A stretch of 64,000 nucleotides of DNA from Podarcis muralis (Eukaryota): the NCBI RefSeq assembly GCF_964188315.1, contig NC_135656.1, positions 32,240,001 through 32,304,000 on the forward strand, read 5' to 3'. Numbering within the stretch: position 1 is the first letter of the stretch; each line of letters starts with the position of its first letter. This document shows, one piece after another, positions 37,582 through 49,966 of the stretch. The translations under genes were made by a program, and so were the position numbers. Below the pieces are notes generated by a model, which saw nothing but the letters and a program-made list of their open reading frames with translations, made no database searches and was not told the DNA's origin.

Positions 37582-37835
37582 CAGAGAGACAAATACCTCG
37601 GGTTAAGTACTTAATTTGTTCTGGAGGTCCGTACTTAACCTGAAACTGTTCTTAACCTGAAGCACCACTTTAGCTAATGGGGCCTCCTGCTAATGGGGCC
37701 TCCACGCCGCCAGAGCACAATTTCTGTTCTCATCCTGAAGCAAAGTTCTTAACCTGAAGCACTATTTGTGGGTTAGCGGAGTCTGTAACCTGAAGCGTAT
37801 GTAACCTGAAGCGTATGTAACCCGAGGTACCACTG
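37582..37835 (+). mobile_element. Tc1/mariner MITE, family A, left TIR disrupted
   Basis: TACCTCGGGTTAAGTACTTAATT ... GTAACCCGAGGTACCACTG|TA. Internal tandem duplication of GCTAATGGGGCCTCC. Confidence 0.85.
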
Positions 37836-39091
37836 TATTCTAAACCTAGAATTTCCAGAAAAAAATTATACATCTCGAAATCTTTGTAAGGCTGCTTGCA
37901 GGCAGACATTTCTTGAGTTGCTAACATCTTGCCTGTGCCTTTAGGGAGAAAGCCAAAAATAGTAATAATAATATAAAAGTTCTAACAAAAAAAACCATCT
38001 TCTCAAAAACCTATTTCTGGTTAATTCTCTTGGGGGTATGAGTTACATAACATTTGGAGAAAATAAGACCACACTCCCTGTCCGTCATTCTGCAGCCTTC
38101 TTGAGAGAAGGTTGGGGGAAGGGAGAAGATCAAAACAACAGCCACTGCCACGCCTCTGCAACTTAAATGGGTTTATTTTGGGTTGAGACATCTGGTTGTT
38201 CTAGTTTAAGGCAACATTTGAGCTTTTGGTTGCAACAAATAGCACAGATGGCTATGCTGATATGCCTACCGTATAACTGAATATGGTCCTGTACCTTGCA
38301 CCCCAAATATCTAATTACTGCATGCTGCCTTGTAGACTTGGTTGCTTTTTATGAGTCTCAACAAAAGTGGATATTGTGAGCCCTTCTCATTGCCAAGGGA
38401 CTTGTACTTCAAGGTACCCTTGCTATATTTGAACATATTTTTAAATACACGCCAATTTCATATAGATACCTATTTGAACATCTGGAGGGCTTATATTGAC
38501 ATATGCTTAATTTTATATGAAAATACTGGTGGCTGTTGTATTTGCAAAGTGAACAGCGTGAATTATTGTTATATGTTTTTCTTTATGTCCTTTAAAAAAA
38601 CCCTATCCTTTTCCCATATACACATAAACTTTTTATGCTTCTCTGATTACCCCTGTCAGAATGAAAACCCATGGCCTCTCCATTTTATGTATTGGATAGA
38701 ACATCAAGGAAGATGAGAAATTCTACCTTCTGACAAAGGCAAATGGATGTTCTAGCCTCACAGACCAAACCAGCAGGTCCTACTTTTGCCTGAGAAGCTG
38801 TTTCCCCCCTGCCATGCCATGATGTCATACGATATCAGGTATTTATCAGGTGAAGCTGTGACTGCAAAGGAACCACCAGAAACCTTTCAGTGCCCTCTCG
38901 ATTGCACCTCGAGTGTGGCTTGCATTTGGTGCTCAATGCAAGCCACACTGCTGGGGTAGATCCATTCAGGAGCTCCAAAATGGATCCAATGTCTGTTGAA
39001 AGCATGAGGAGCTCTGGAATAGATAGTGCAACTTGAATTCACCACCAAATGTAAGGTTCCTGATTGTTCCTGTTTCAGTTAGTGCTGAATG

Positions 39092-39216
39092 CAGGGCTTT
39101 ATTCCCAGCAGAACTCAGTTCCAGCATCTCTCAGGTGCGTGCCATTGCCATTAAAAGAGAGGAAGGAGCCATTCACGGTGAGTTCTGGGACCTCTTTTTC
39201 TAGAAAAATAGTACTG
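39092..39216. mobile_element. hAT MITE (125 bp)
   Basis: Termini CAGGGCTTTATT / AAAAATAGTACTG. Perfect 8-bp TSD GCTGAATG at 39084-39091 and 39217-39224. Confidence 0.85.
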
Positions 39217-39257
39217 GCTGAATGCAAGCCACACTGCTTTCTGCAGTTCTAGTTATA

Positions 39258-39405
39258 GGTAGCCGTGTTGGTCTGCTGTAGTCGAAACAAAATAAAAAAA
39301 ATTATTCCAGTAGCACCTTAGAGACCAACTAAATTTGTTATTGGTATGAGCTTTCGTGTGCATGCACACAGATACACTGAAACAGGTGCTACTGGAAGGA
39401 ATTTT
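39258..39405 (-). mobile_element. Penelope-like element terminal-repeat remnant
   Basis: GGTAGCCGTGTTGGTCTG...CCAGTAGCACCTTAGAGACCAAC...GAGCTTTCGTGTGCATGCACAC is typical reptile Penelope pLTR text (from recall). Inverted piece TTCCAGTAGCACCT / AGGTGCTACTGGAA. Confidence 0.7.
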
Positions 39406-39699
39406 GCTTTCTGCAGTGGCCATGGGGTGTCAGCTGGGATCTAGAGGGGCTGGCAACATGGCCTGCTAGTTAGAAGGGATTTCCCACTCTTGTTCTAACA
39501 TCCATCTTTGTTTTTATTTCCTTGCTCTGCTTGAGCTAGGTGATGTGCAGAATTCTGCCGTATCTCAACAGGAATTCTGTTCCACAGGAAAGGGCAGCCA
39601 CACTGAAAGCCCTGCTCCAAGTTGCTATGAAATGGGCTTCTGAAATCTTGGAACTTTCATGAGAAGCTCTCCTGCAGACCACAATGACCTACTGGGTAC

Positions 39700-39830
39700 A
39701 TAAAATATAAGACAGTCTCTCAGCTCACCAGGTCCTGAGCTATATAGGGCCTTATAGGTTAGTGCCAACGTCTTGAACTTGACCCGGTAGTAGATTAACA
39801 GTCAGTGCAAGTCCCACAAGTAAGGTGTTG
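39700..39830 (-). mobile_element. L2-like ORF2 3' remnant
   Basis: TATAGGGCCTTATAGGTTAGTGCCAACGTCTTGAACTTGACCCGG parallels the clearer L2 remnant at 50630-50965. Confidence 0.45.
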
Positions 39831-42800
39831 TCAGTAGTTTGCCCCCACAAGCATGTGCCTTCCGTCTCTCTTTAAGTTCTTGTTCCTGTTTGAGTACCAA
39901 AGTTAACTCTTCATTTTCTGGTATTAAGAACCCCCAATCTCATTTGTTTCTCTGATTATTAGAACAATTATGTCAGTGATGTCACAAACCCTATCCAGAG
40001 CAGCAGCCTGGACTTTGACTCCCACCAGACCACAACCATCAGAAGCAGTGGTACTAGAAACTATCTCAGGCCACAGCCTCCTGACCTGGCCTGAGCCTCA
40101 GGGGTTCTTTGGCCATGGACTCCTGAGTTGGGACTTCCAGAGTCTGTATCCTTGGAGCCTTGACTACCTGAGAAACTAACCCACTCCCCTCTGTACCATG
40201 AACCCATGCCCATGGTGACTTAGCAATGTACATAGGAAGGAATGTCAGAAAGCAGTAGTAGAGCTGGTTCCAGATCAGCAGTCTGCCCCTTTAAAGCCTA
40301 CCATTTCTCAAAAACAGGGTGGAGCCTGGAAGGAGTGATTTGGCCCTGAAAACACAAAACCCCACAATCCATTATTAGACTTCATTAGAGCAAGTGGCTT
40401 GCCTGGAGTTTTCCTTGCTGATTCCTCTCATGGTGCCCTGTGGGTGCCTTGCCAAGATCAGTATAGGTCAAGCATTCTCAGATTGCGTAACCATCAGTCC
40501 TGGAGCACTCATTGAGCAACATGGCTATGCTCCTGCCACCCACTCCCTTGCCTCACCTTTCCCCTCCAGGGTGTGGCTGACCTGTGCTTAAGATTTTTCT
40601 CCACCCTCAAAATCACTTGAAGATTTATCCATCTTCTGCATCATGTAGGAGTTTTTGACAGACCAATTAATAATTAAAAGAACTTGATGTGCTCAGTTAT
40701 TTGGATGCCCGTGAAGAAGGATGTTATATTACCCAGTGGAGTGAGTTTGTGCTATCATGGACTGAGTGAGCTATCCTCTCTAGTCTCACAGATTTAGTCC
40801 TTAGGGGTGTTTCTTCAGAGTACATGCTTGTAGCTGAATGTTATTAAATCAAAGCACAAAAATAGCAGGACAATTCCCGTGACAATCTTAAGAGCCAGCA
40901 GAACGAAAGGAGCAGGCTAAGTTTAAAAACAGCTTGGTAAATATATTCTCTGGCACTGAAAGAACAAGCTGCCATGTTTTGCCTGTGACAGTTCAGTGCT
41001 CACTCCAGGTTTTGGTGGGCCTTTGGGCAGAGCACTTTCAGTGGTCCTCCTCTCCCTCAGTGAATCTACCTCCTAGCTGCCATGGTTGCTAGTGGCTCCA
41101 CCTCCTCTGCCTTATCTTGTTTCATGAGTATCAACCACTTGTTTGCCAGTCAAAGCCAATGAACAAGTAGGCAGTGACAGCTCTTCCTCCTGCTTCTCAC
41201 TACTGTTGTTGCTTGCTTGCTTTCTTGCTCATTCCTGCAAACTCAAGAGTGAGGAACAGGTGATCAAGGAGGTTGCACCAGTGAAGAGAGAAGCAGACAT
41301 AGGTGGCTCTTGTCATGCATCCCCTGCCAAGATGGGAGCCCTCAGCAGATGCCCAACCATGCCAACTGTTGATGCCAGCCTTGATCACAGTCCTCTGGAC
41401 CACTTTTTGCAATAGGCTTTTTTTTTGGGGGGGGGGGTTGGGGGTTGGGCAACTTTGCCATGACCCACTAGTGTCCACTTCTAACTGTGTGTCTTTGTGC
41501 CAATGGCAGTTTTCCTCCTGGACAAATGGCAGCTGCAGGGGCCTCAGAGCTTGACCAGGGCCATGGAAGCAGTAAAAGTTAAAGTTTCTTTCATCCACCC
41601 ACCCTGCAGTCATGATGTCAAGCATGCAAAATGCAATCCATACAATTAGTTTCTTGGCATGCCTATTTGCCCCTTTGTCTGAGTAGGTGTTAAGTGTGTT
41701 TAGCCACAGTCATCTCTTTATTTCCTAGTCTCTTCCCCTTTTTGTGTGGATTTCCCCACTGTATAGTTTAGATTGTAAGATTCTGCAAGAGCACCTCTTT
41801 TTTGCCTAGGAAACTCTGTAACATGACATGCAAGATTATTATCCTTCATTATTATTGTTGCTATCAATAATAGTAGTAATAGTGAGCAATGCACAATTAT
41901 TTTCCATTTCTTGCATCTACTATCCATAACTTCCTTGTCCGCCTGCAAGGTTGCACTATTGTGGAGATTTCTGCAGTATATATTGGGGGGGGGGGGGATG
42001 CAATACGCCCTCACAGATAGCCCATACATTGCAATTCTAGAATTGCTGTATTGAATGTGATTATACAAGTATTATAGGTAGCTACTGGCTACGTGCCATA
42101 ACTGGAGCTGTGCAATTACAAACCCACACCACCCTGCACCATTTTATGAATTTGCTGATTTTAGTTTCGGAATTTTTTTTTGGGGGGGGGGGAATTGTGC
42201 TGCCTCTGGGCTCCCATGCCATATGGCCAGCTGTCTTTGCCTGAGAGGTTTGGTAACATCAAAGCTATTCCCTCGCTGCAAAATTATCACTCTCAGTCAC
42301 CAAGGCTAGATTCCCTGTCCCTTCCTCACCAACATCAAGATATACTATTGTCAATGAAAAGCCATTTGTGAGAGTAAAGAAGCCTGAGTGTTCCCAAAAA
42401 AGGAGATCCAGGGTAAGTAATATATCAGGAAGAATTTAACTATGACAACACTTCAGAGCTATCTCTAATCACTGAACGTTCAGGGATGGGTGACTTGCCA
42501 CTTTTAGAATGTTGTAGACAACAAGACAGGAGGTGCCTGTAAAGAACTGAGAATGAATCTATGACAGATGTGAGCAAAGATAATTATAATGCAAAAACAT
42601 GTGTTAGGGCAATGGCTGTACTTAGGCTATTACTACTGGTATTGCTATTAAGATTTCCTTTGGCATGAACTGTGGAAGCTTACTTTCAAGGTAAATAGAT
42701 CGTGGACTGTCACCTAGGACTACAGCTTAGAAATTTGTAATAGTGTACTCTGGTTAGTACAGTATTGGCCATTTTTAACTCACTCATTCAGTCCGAAGCC

Positions 42801-43829
42801 CAGAAATGGCACCCAAAATTAACTACAGTCACATAAACCAAATGAATAATAATGAAATTTGTCTGTTTTCTGTTGCCAAAACAATGGAGCTATTTGTGGT
42901 CACCCTCCTCAACAGAAATGTGAGGGGAGAACTGGGATGCTGTCCTTCCTTTCCCATGACATGTCATTAGCCAAACCTCTGCGAGTTAGCAAGTGCTGGG
43001 TGGGTGCCCAGTGTTCTGTTTTGCTTTTTCATTGTTAGCACTACTTATAATTTGTGCATAACACCCTCAAGCCTCCATGCCTGTTTTCTATTCTAAGCCA
43101 GCAGCAGACTGTTCATTTTCCCTGTCCTATTACTGCGCTGGCGTCGTAAACATGCAGATCTAGTCTAGTGTTTGCCCAAGAGAGCATTAGGCTTTTCTTT
43201 TTGACATCATAGTCTTCCTGGCCCTATGCTAATCCTTCTTTTGGGGTCCCTTTCACCCTCTGTTCATCTTCACTAGCTCTAGTCCTCTCTTCAGGCTGAG
43301 ACTGAGCCAGCCACAACCATAGGATATAACAAAATGACCATATTCAGAAGTAATGTGTAAAAGGCTCCCCTTGCACATACAAAATGATCTAGCTCCAGCT
43401 GCTATGGTTTTTCCAGGACATGTGTGAATATATCCCCATTGAGCTTTAATATATGAAAGCTGAGACCCAGGGTTTTAAAAAAATGACGTTGTACTCAAGC
43501 CAACACAGTGCATATCAGTATCAACTTTTCAGTGTTGGTAACAGCTTTCCAAATCAGGCTGAGGCACAGGTCAGTTTGACTTGGAATTTTAGTAGCACCC
43601 TCTGAAAGGACCTTGATTTGGAGGAACGAGGCATTGTAAAGTTCAAGGGAATGAGCTCCATCTTTCTTCCCCTGCTCCAGAAGATGGATGCTTTTATGGA
43701 CTCTTTCACATAAAAACAAGCTCTCCCCAATTCATGGAACACCACCAGCACACCAGAGTGGACTTTAGGGTAGCTTTCTCCTTGACATGTTAGCCTTATA
43801 CATCCAAGCAGTACAGATGAGGGGGAAAT

Positions 43830-44282
43830 TGGATTCAGTTTGCACTTAAAGCCTAATTTCTCAAAATCACACTTTCCAAAACAATATGAGAACTGAAACA
43901 TAGCCATCCTTTTTAAAATTTGCACTTATCTGAATTTGTAATGCAGTTCTGCAACCAATCAATGTTTACGAAAATGAGTATACTAGTTTGCATTTAGTTT
44001 GCATTAAAAAGAACTTATTTGTGAAAATAATGCAATATATTAGGCAAAATTGCTTGCAAAAAAGTGTGCTTTAGTTGTTGTTGTTGTTGTTGTTAAAAAA
44101 ACCCATACGAAGATATGTCTATTTTGTGAAATCCACACACACACAAAATGCTGATGAATTTTCATGAGGATTTTTTAAAAAAAGAAAACTTTCAAATTGC
44201 TGCAGAAATGTAGAGAACTGAATTTAGCATTCAAAAAATGAGAAATTGAGAGACCCAAATTGACAGATTCTTCCATCTCTAC
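43830..44282 (-). mobile_element. AT-rich interspersed repeat, unclassified
   Basis: GAATTTTCATGAGGATTT...ACAGATTCTTCCATC is shared with 47895-48030. Confidence 0.5.
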
Positions 44283-44426
44283 CAATGAGACTTGTTGTGA
44301 TTGATTGATTGATTGATTGATTGATAAATAATGTTTGCCTGATGACATGTATAGATATATTGCTTGATGGCTAAGGACTTGTGCAAACATACAACAGACA
44401 TGCACCTTCAATAAACAGGTGATTTA

Positions 44427-45409
44427 TCATGAGCTCCGGCCCCTAATTCTCCTGTGTGCTCTCCATTACCCCATCACGTTCTGCCCCTTTGCTTGCTTGG
44501 GCTCTTTCCCCCAGGTTCCACTCAGGTACCAGATTGTTCACTTTTCGTGGACAGGCGGAGTCCCCAGATCCCGAGTGGTCCCCCCCCCCCCGTCATGTGG
44601 AATAACGACTCAAGACAACGTGCTATGGGATTAAATTGGCCACAACTTTATTAAATTTCAAATGTGGGTAGACCTTGGCTCAGGCATTGGGCGTTCTCCT
44701 TCCCCAGTCCCCAGCCAGGGACCTAGGGAGCATCAGGGTTATCCAGTGTGTGGGGGGAGGATGGGCCGGCTCTGGAGAACATATGTTCAAGCAGAGATAG
44801 CCGCCCCCCGTTACGCCGTCACCGCAGGGGAGAGCAATGACGACCTTTCGGCGTACGGTCAAAGCCTCCCTTCAGAAACCCCTTTAACCCTGGGATCGCC
44901 GGCGCAAAGAGGAAGATGGACTAAAGGATTCCGCCCAAGGCCTGATACCACCAAAGTTGTGACGTTTTGCTACGGGAAAGGTGAAACCTGCCAATTCAGG
45001 GAAATTCCTTTCCGGCCCTTTAACAGCGACCTTAACGTAGCAGCGCCCGCATACCTGTGAAGAAAAGTTAACCTGCAAAACCTGTGAAGAAAAGTTAACC
45101 TGCAAAATAAGACATTAACTGAGGGTGGGTAGGGTGGGAGAAGCTCTGGAGCCAAGTGAGGATTCCCAGGTAAGATCCTCCCTCTATTGTGTGGGCAGGT
45201 AATCCCTCCCCTACCTGGCCTGGTCTCCTTGGCAACGCTTCCCCCAGGTGGGATTGGATAGCAGACTGAGGTAGGCGGAGACCTCCAGGTATCCCACCTG
45301 AGGGAAGGCAAAGCCAAGCCTATGCTGATGGAGCCGCTCCAGATCCAGGGGCTGCGCGCGTCCACGCAAAGGGCGCCCCCCGTTTTAAGCGGGGAGCGGT
45401 CATTCATGA
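44427..45409 (-). mobile_element. GC/CpG-rich LTR-like retroelement segment, unclassified
   Basis: About 1-kb GC-rich block with sharp AT-rich flanks. AATAAAGTTGTGGCC on the minus strand (44647-44652). TCATGA at both ends. Internal 27-bp tandem duplication. No coding similarity recognised. Confidence 0.55.
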
Positions 45410-45669
45410 ATTTGCAACCACAATGAATATTGATTATTTGGAAATTTGAATCATCCTGGGTGCAAATGCGCTTATGCTCTTTGTTCTAGGAAGAATTTTA
45501 CCATATATTGATGATATGAAGCATGCATTGCCACATCTGATTTGGTGTCAACATCAAGTGCTCAAACACCCCTTCCCCCATGTTAAATGTGTGGTACTTA
45601 CTGTAACAACTTCACAATGAGTACTGGCATCCTTTCTCTCTCTCTAAAAAGAGCACTGGTCAACATGAT

Positions 45670-45985
45670 CCGAAGTCACACCATACATTTAAATCACTAT
45701 GATACCACTTTAAACAGTCATGGCTTCCCCTAAAGAATTATGGGAGCTGTAGTTTGTTAAGGGTGTTGAGAGTTGTTAGGAGACACCATATTCCCCTCAG
45801 AGAGTTACAATTCCAAGGATGGTTTAACAGCCAATCCCTCTTCCCAGAAAACTCAGAAAGGGGAACAGGTGTCCCCTAACAATTCTCAGCACCCTTAACA
45901 GACTATACTTCCCATGATGCCTTGGGGAAAGCCATGATTGTTTAAAATAGTATCATTGTGCTGTAAATTTATGGTGTGAATTGGG
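45670..45985. mobile_element. Long palindromic MITE (PIF/Harbinger-like by appearance)
   Basis: Inverted arms CACACCATACATTTAAATCACTATGATACCACTTTAAACAGTCATGGCTTCCC / GGGAAAGCCATGATTGTTTAAAATAGTATCATTGTGCTGTAAATTTATGGTGTG. Confidence 0.7.
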
Positions 45986-47894
45986 TCATAATCACATGGG
46001 CAGAAATTTTCAACTTCACCTTACTGTGTTTCAGTCATTTGTGCAGATGCAAGTTGTATGCATCTGCAAGTTGTATGCACATAAAATGATGGCAGCTCTC
46101 TGCCCTGTGTCCACTTTGATCCCTTCGTGTTTGGAGCAATTCATTTTATTTTTGTTTAATTTTTGGACATTTGCATAACTCTGCAAATTCATTTGCTGAG
46201 CTAATGTGAATAATGCCAGATCTTGAGGAGTAAAACAATACAATAACCATGTCCACATAGTCTATATGGGCAGCCCATTTTTCTCACGCTAATGTTTACA
46301 GGCATCAATATGTACTTTGGGGGGGGGGGATATTTGAAAGAAGCAAATAAATATTATTTGCATTGTATATAGCACAAACACTTCCCAGAATAAAAAAAAC
46401 AGTAACAAGTTATGCAGACATAGCCCTGGCCACTGTAAATCTGTCTCTTCTTCTGGTGTTAACTTGGTTCCAATTGGGGGATGGGTAGTGCAATTTAGAC
46501 AAGGCAGATGATCAGTAACAAGAGAGAGCATGTTATGTTCCAGACAGTTATTGGCCCATGTTAATCTATACTAAACCCTTTTTAAACAAGTTGCAATCAG
46601 GATGATATTGCTCTGTTTTAATTCATTTTGTAGATCTCTAAATACAATGTCAAGCCTCACATTTTCTTCAAACTAATAATAAATAAGGGAAAACTATATA
46701 GGATGAAATCCTTGTTGCCGTGACATTCATAGGTGTATTGCCACTGATTTTACGGAAATCAATATACTAGCACAAACTGAAGGATCTGTGTGTCTAGCTC
46801 TGTTTAAATCAATACCAAATATTAAGCTGATTATTAGAACCATTTCCCCCCTTCCTTTTGAGAAATATTCAAATGGGTTATAATTTTAGCCCTTTGCTAG
46901 CAATTCCTGCAGTTTAATGCTAAATCCTTGTAGCTTTAGCCTTTACTCTACCCAGTCAGGCAGCAAAATAGGGAAATCCCAGCAATTTGAACTTCTGATG
47001 ATCCCTGAGATTTGAGGATTTTGTTCCCCACTCAGGCTAGATGTTGATAATGCTTTGGATTCAGCTCTGCCAATCACATTCTTTCTATCTAGGGAGTATG
47101 ACAAAAACAACACATTAAAATTTACTTTCCTAGGAGGAAACGAGAGTGAAAGAAAGAAGGATCAATTTGCCAGTTTTGCCTTGCTGAGTATATAGGTCAA
47201 GTAGTTAAAACTTTCCTATTTACAGAGCTGTTTGTTATGCTGGGTAATCAAATAAGACCCTGCTATGTACTAAGTCCAAGGGACGCACGGGGCACATAGC
47301 CTGACCTATACTTGAAGAATGGTATGTACTTTGGGATGCTACTGAAAAGCTAGAAGGTTTCAAAGAATTGAAAAAAAGAGTTTTCAGATTCTTAGGAAAT
47401 GAACATGGAAGCAGGGTATGCAGCTGCCGTTCATGGCATCTGGCACCTCTAGGGTTACTGAGACACACACCACTCCTTTGACCTTTGGCAAAACAAGTAC
47501 TGTATTACTGCTACTGACAAAGAGGAATCTATGCTTGTGCTGTTATTGGTTATTTGCGTTTGAGCTTTCTCCTATCAAGGCCAAACATATTGACAGCATA
47601 TTCCCAGCTCATTGGAGCCGAAAGGGCAGTTGTTGCTTGCTTTTACAGAATCATAAGCTAAATTAGTTATCATTTTCTCTTTGGGCTGTTGGCATGGATA
47701 TTTTAAAACTTCCTGTGGGGAAGAAACTGCTAGATCAGCTGCTTGCGCGTGAGTAGCCCAGCCAATCAGCCTGCATAAGCTGCAGGTGGATATGGGGATG
47801 ATGAGAGGCTGCAAACTTTCAGCCTCTTCCCGACAGCTTATAAAGGGAAGGTGGTAGAGTACAGAGAAAGAAAATGGAGTTGGGGGAGAAATTT

Positions 47895-48030
47895 AGCCAG
47901 GCTTCAGATTTGCACTAAAATGCAGTTGAATTTTCATGAGGATTTCTTTTTTAATTGATGTAGAAATTTTAAGAATTGACCTTAAGACTGGAAAAAATAA
48001 GAAACCAAAACTAACAGATTCCTCCATCCA
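47895..48030 (-). mobile_element. Second copy of the AT-rich repeat at 43830-44282
   Basis: Shared GAATTTTCATGAGGATTT and ACAGATTC(C/T)TCCATC. Confidence 0.5.
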
Positions 48031-49823
48031 TTGCAGGCAATGGTAGATGTGTTGTCTACCTCTTTCCCCCTGATGAACATCGCTTTTCTGATCCAATGGG
48101 AAGGAGGTAAGAGAATGCATGCAGCCTGTGCTTCTGAAGGAAGCTCTGGGAGTTGTGGACTCTGGAAACTGTGACCACTTCCGTTAGAAATCTTGCAGCC
48201 CTTTCCTTAAAAAATAGAATAAAAATCTAGCACACATATCAGTAGAAACAACACTTACTAATTTGAGGCACAGATCTACTTGAGAAGACAGTTTCATTAC
48301 CATACTAGTAGGCCTTCTGGTATTATTCGTTTATTTTTAAACTGTACAGTATGCCACCCTTTACCATTGTTTCCAGGGCAGTGTGCAACAACAAATAAAA
48401 CAGCATGAAAGAATTGTAGCTGCAGGAGGTAGGCTTCAAAAGGCTGTAACCATATGTAAATTTACCTAGGAGTAAGCCCCACTGAACTCACTGGATTTGC
48501 TTGTGAGTAGGCATGCATGGTAAAATACTTTAAAATATCTAGAATTTAGTCTCCATCTGGTACCTAAAGGATAATGATGTGGGTTGGTTGCTGAGGTGAG
48601 CATCCTTAGGGAGGAAGTAATACAGGTGGGATATTACAGCCCCTAAAGCCCTTTCACTGGTCACTTCACCTCCAGTAGTGGGAGCGCCTGAAGGAGGGTT
48701 TCAACGCCGTTGAATCAACGGACGACTGCAGACATGCATCTAAAGGCACTGTTTCCCCCACAACTTTGGGAGTGAATTACTCACATCATGTAATGTTCCA
48801 TGCTAAGCAACAAGTATAAGATAACAAGCCACCCCAAAGTGGCCCCACAAATCCTTTGACAACCATTGCAGGTTTGGAAAATCATACAGAAAGCTGAAAG
48901 GGATTGTAGGCTTATTTTTAGTCACATCAGGTCTTTATCTTTAAACAAAAACAAAAACCTTGTGTTTATGTGAGAGCACTGATGAAAAGTGTGGGAGAGC
49001 GCAAACACACACACACACAGTTCTTGGCTAAATAATGAAAAATACACTGCTAAATAATGAAAAATATGCTCACTGGGACATAATGGAACATAAAAAGAAA
49101 TGCTGAGTGTCAAAGATCAAGCTTCTACTGCAGGTCATCAAAAGTTCAACAGAGTGGATCATATTTCACGTTCCTTACAGCTGTTCAGACCTAGTTGCAA
49201 TCAATTGGAATATAGTCTGTTTTTATTCTGGGATTATCCCATAAAAAATTGCAATCTTTAGTCACTTAATCCACCAGAGAGAGATGTTGATTTATAGTGG
49301 AATGAAATATTCAATCCTTAGCACATGGGGTGTTTTAGAGTTAAAACAACAATTGAGGTTAAACTGCTGTGCAATGTTCCTTCCAGCACTCAGAGCTGTT
49401 CCTTCCAGCTTTAGTCCATTCACTTGTTTGCAGTGCTGACCTATTGCAGATTTATGATTGGAAGACAGCAATGGAACTTAATGTGTTGCACACCTCCCAG
49501 ATCACCTAGATACTGGTTTCCGCATTGCTACGGAAGCAGATTGGCTAGTTCTTGGCTCCCCAAGTGTATGGTTTGGTGGCGGGTTAAAGACCACTGTGGA
49601 CTGGGAGCAGGACAAGACTGACCAGGCATTTGAGAGATTGAGTCCCTTTTCATGAGTAAACTGTTCATATTATATAGTGCAGAATAAATCCTCCTTGGTG
49701 GATAACATTTTTCAACTCACAGCTTAAATTAGCAAGGGGCAGCCTTGTTGTCTGGGCAGACTAGGTTACCAACTTAATTTGAGCACATGCACACATGCAC
49801 ATGGTTACTGCGGATTTATCTGG

Positions 49824-49924
49824 CTAAGTTTTACTTAAGAGCAGACCCATTAAATTAATGAGCATGACCAAGGTCCATTGATTTCAATTAGTATATCCTG
49901 AGTAAAACTTAGTTGAATACACCC
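49824..49924. repeat. Palindromic family P1 copy
   Basis: CTAAGTTTTACTTAAGAGCAGACCCATT ... GAGTAAAACTTAG. Confidence 0.7.
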
Positions 49925-49966
49925 TGTAATCTTTAAACATATTTGGATAATAGCTATGAGTTAGGG

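Noticed and set aside
44662-45407. ORFs of 132 aa (+) and 145 aa (-) in the GC-rich element
   Set aside because: Expected in GC-rich DNA; no gag, RT, integrase or recombinase motifs.
48706-48725. TTCAACG-C-CGTTGAA palindrome with MYB-like cores
   Set aside because: Arms of only 7 bp occur by chance in 64 kb; no other support.
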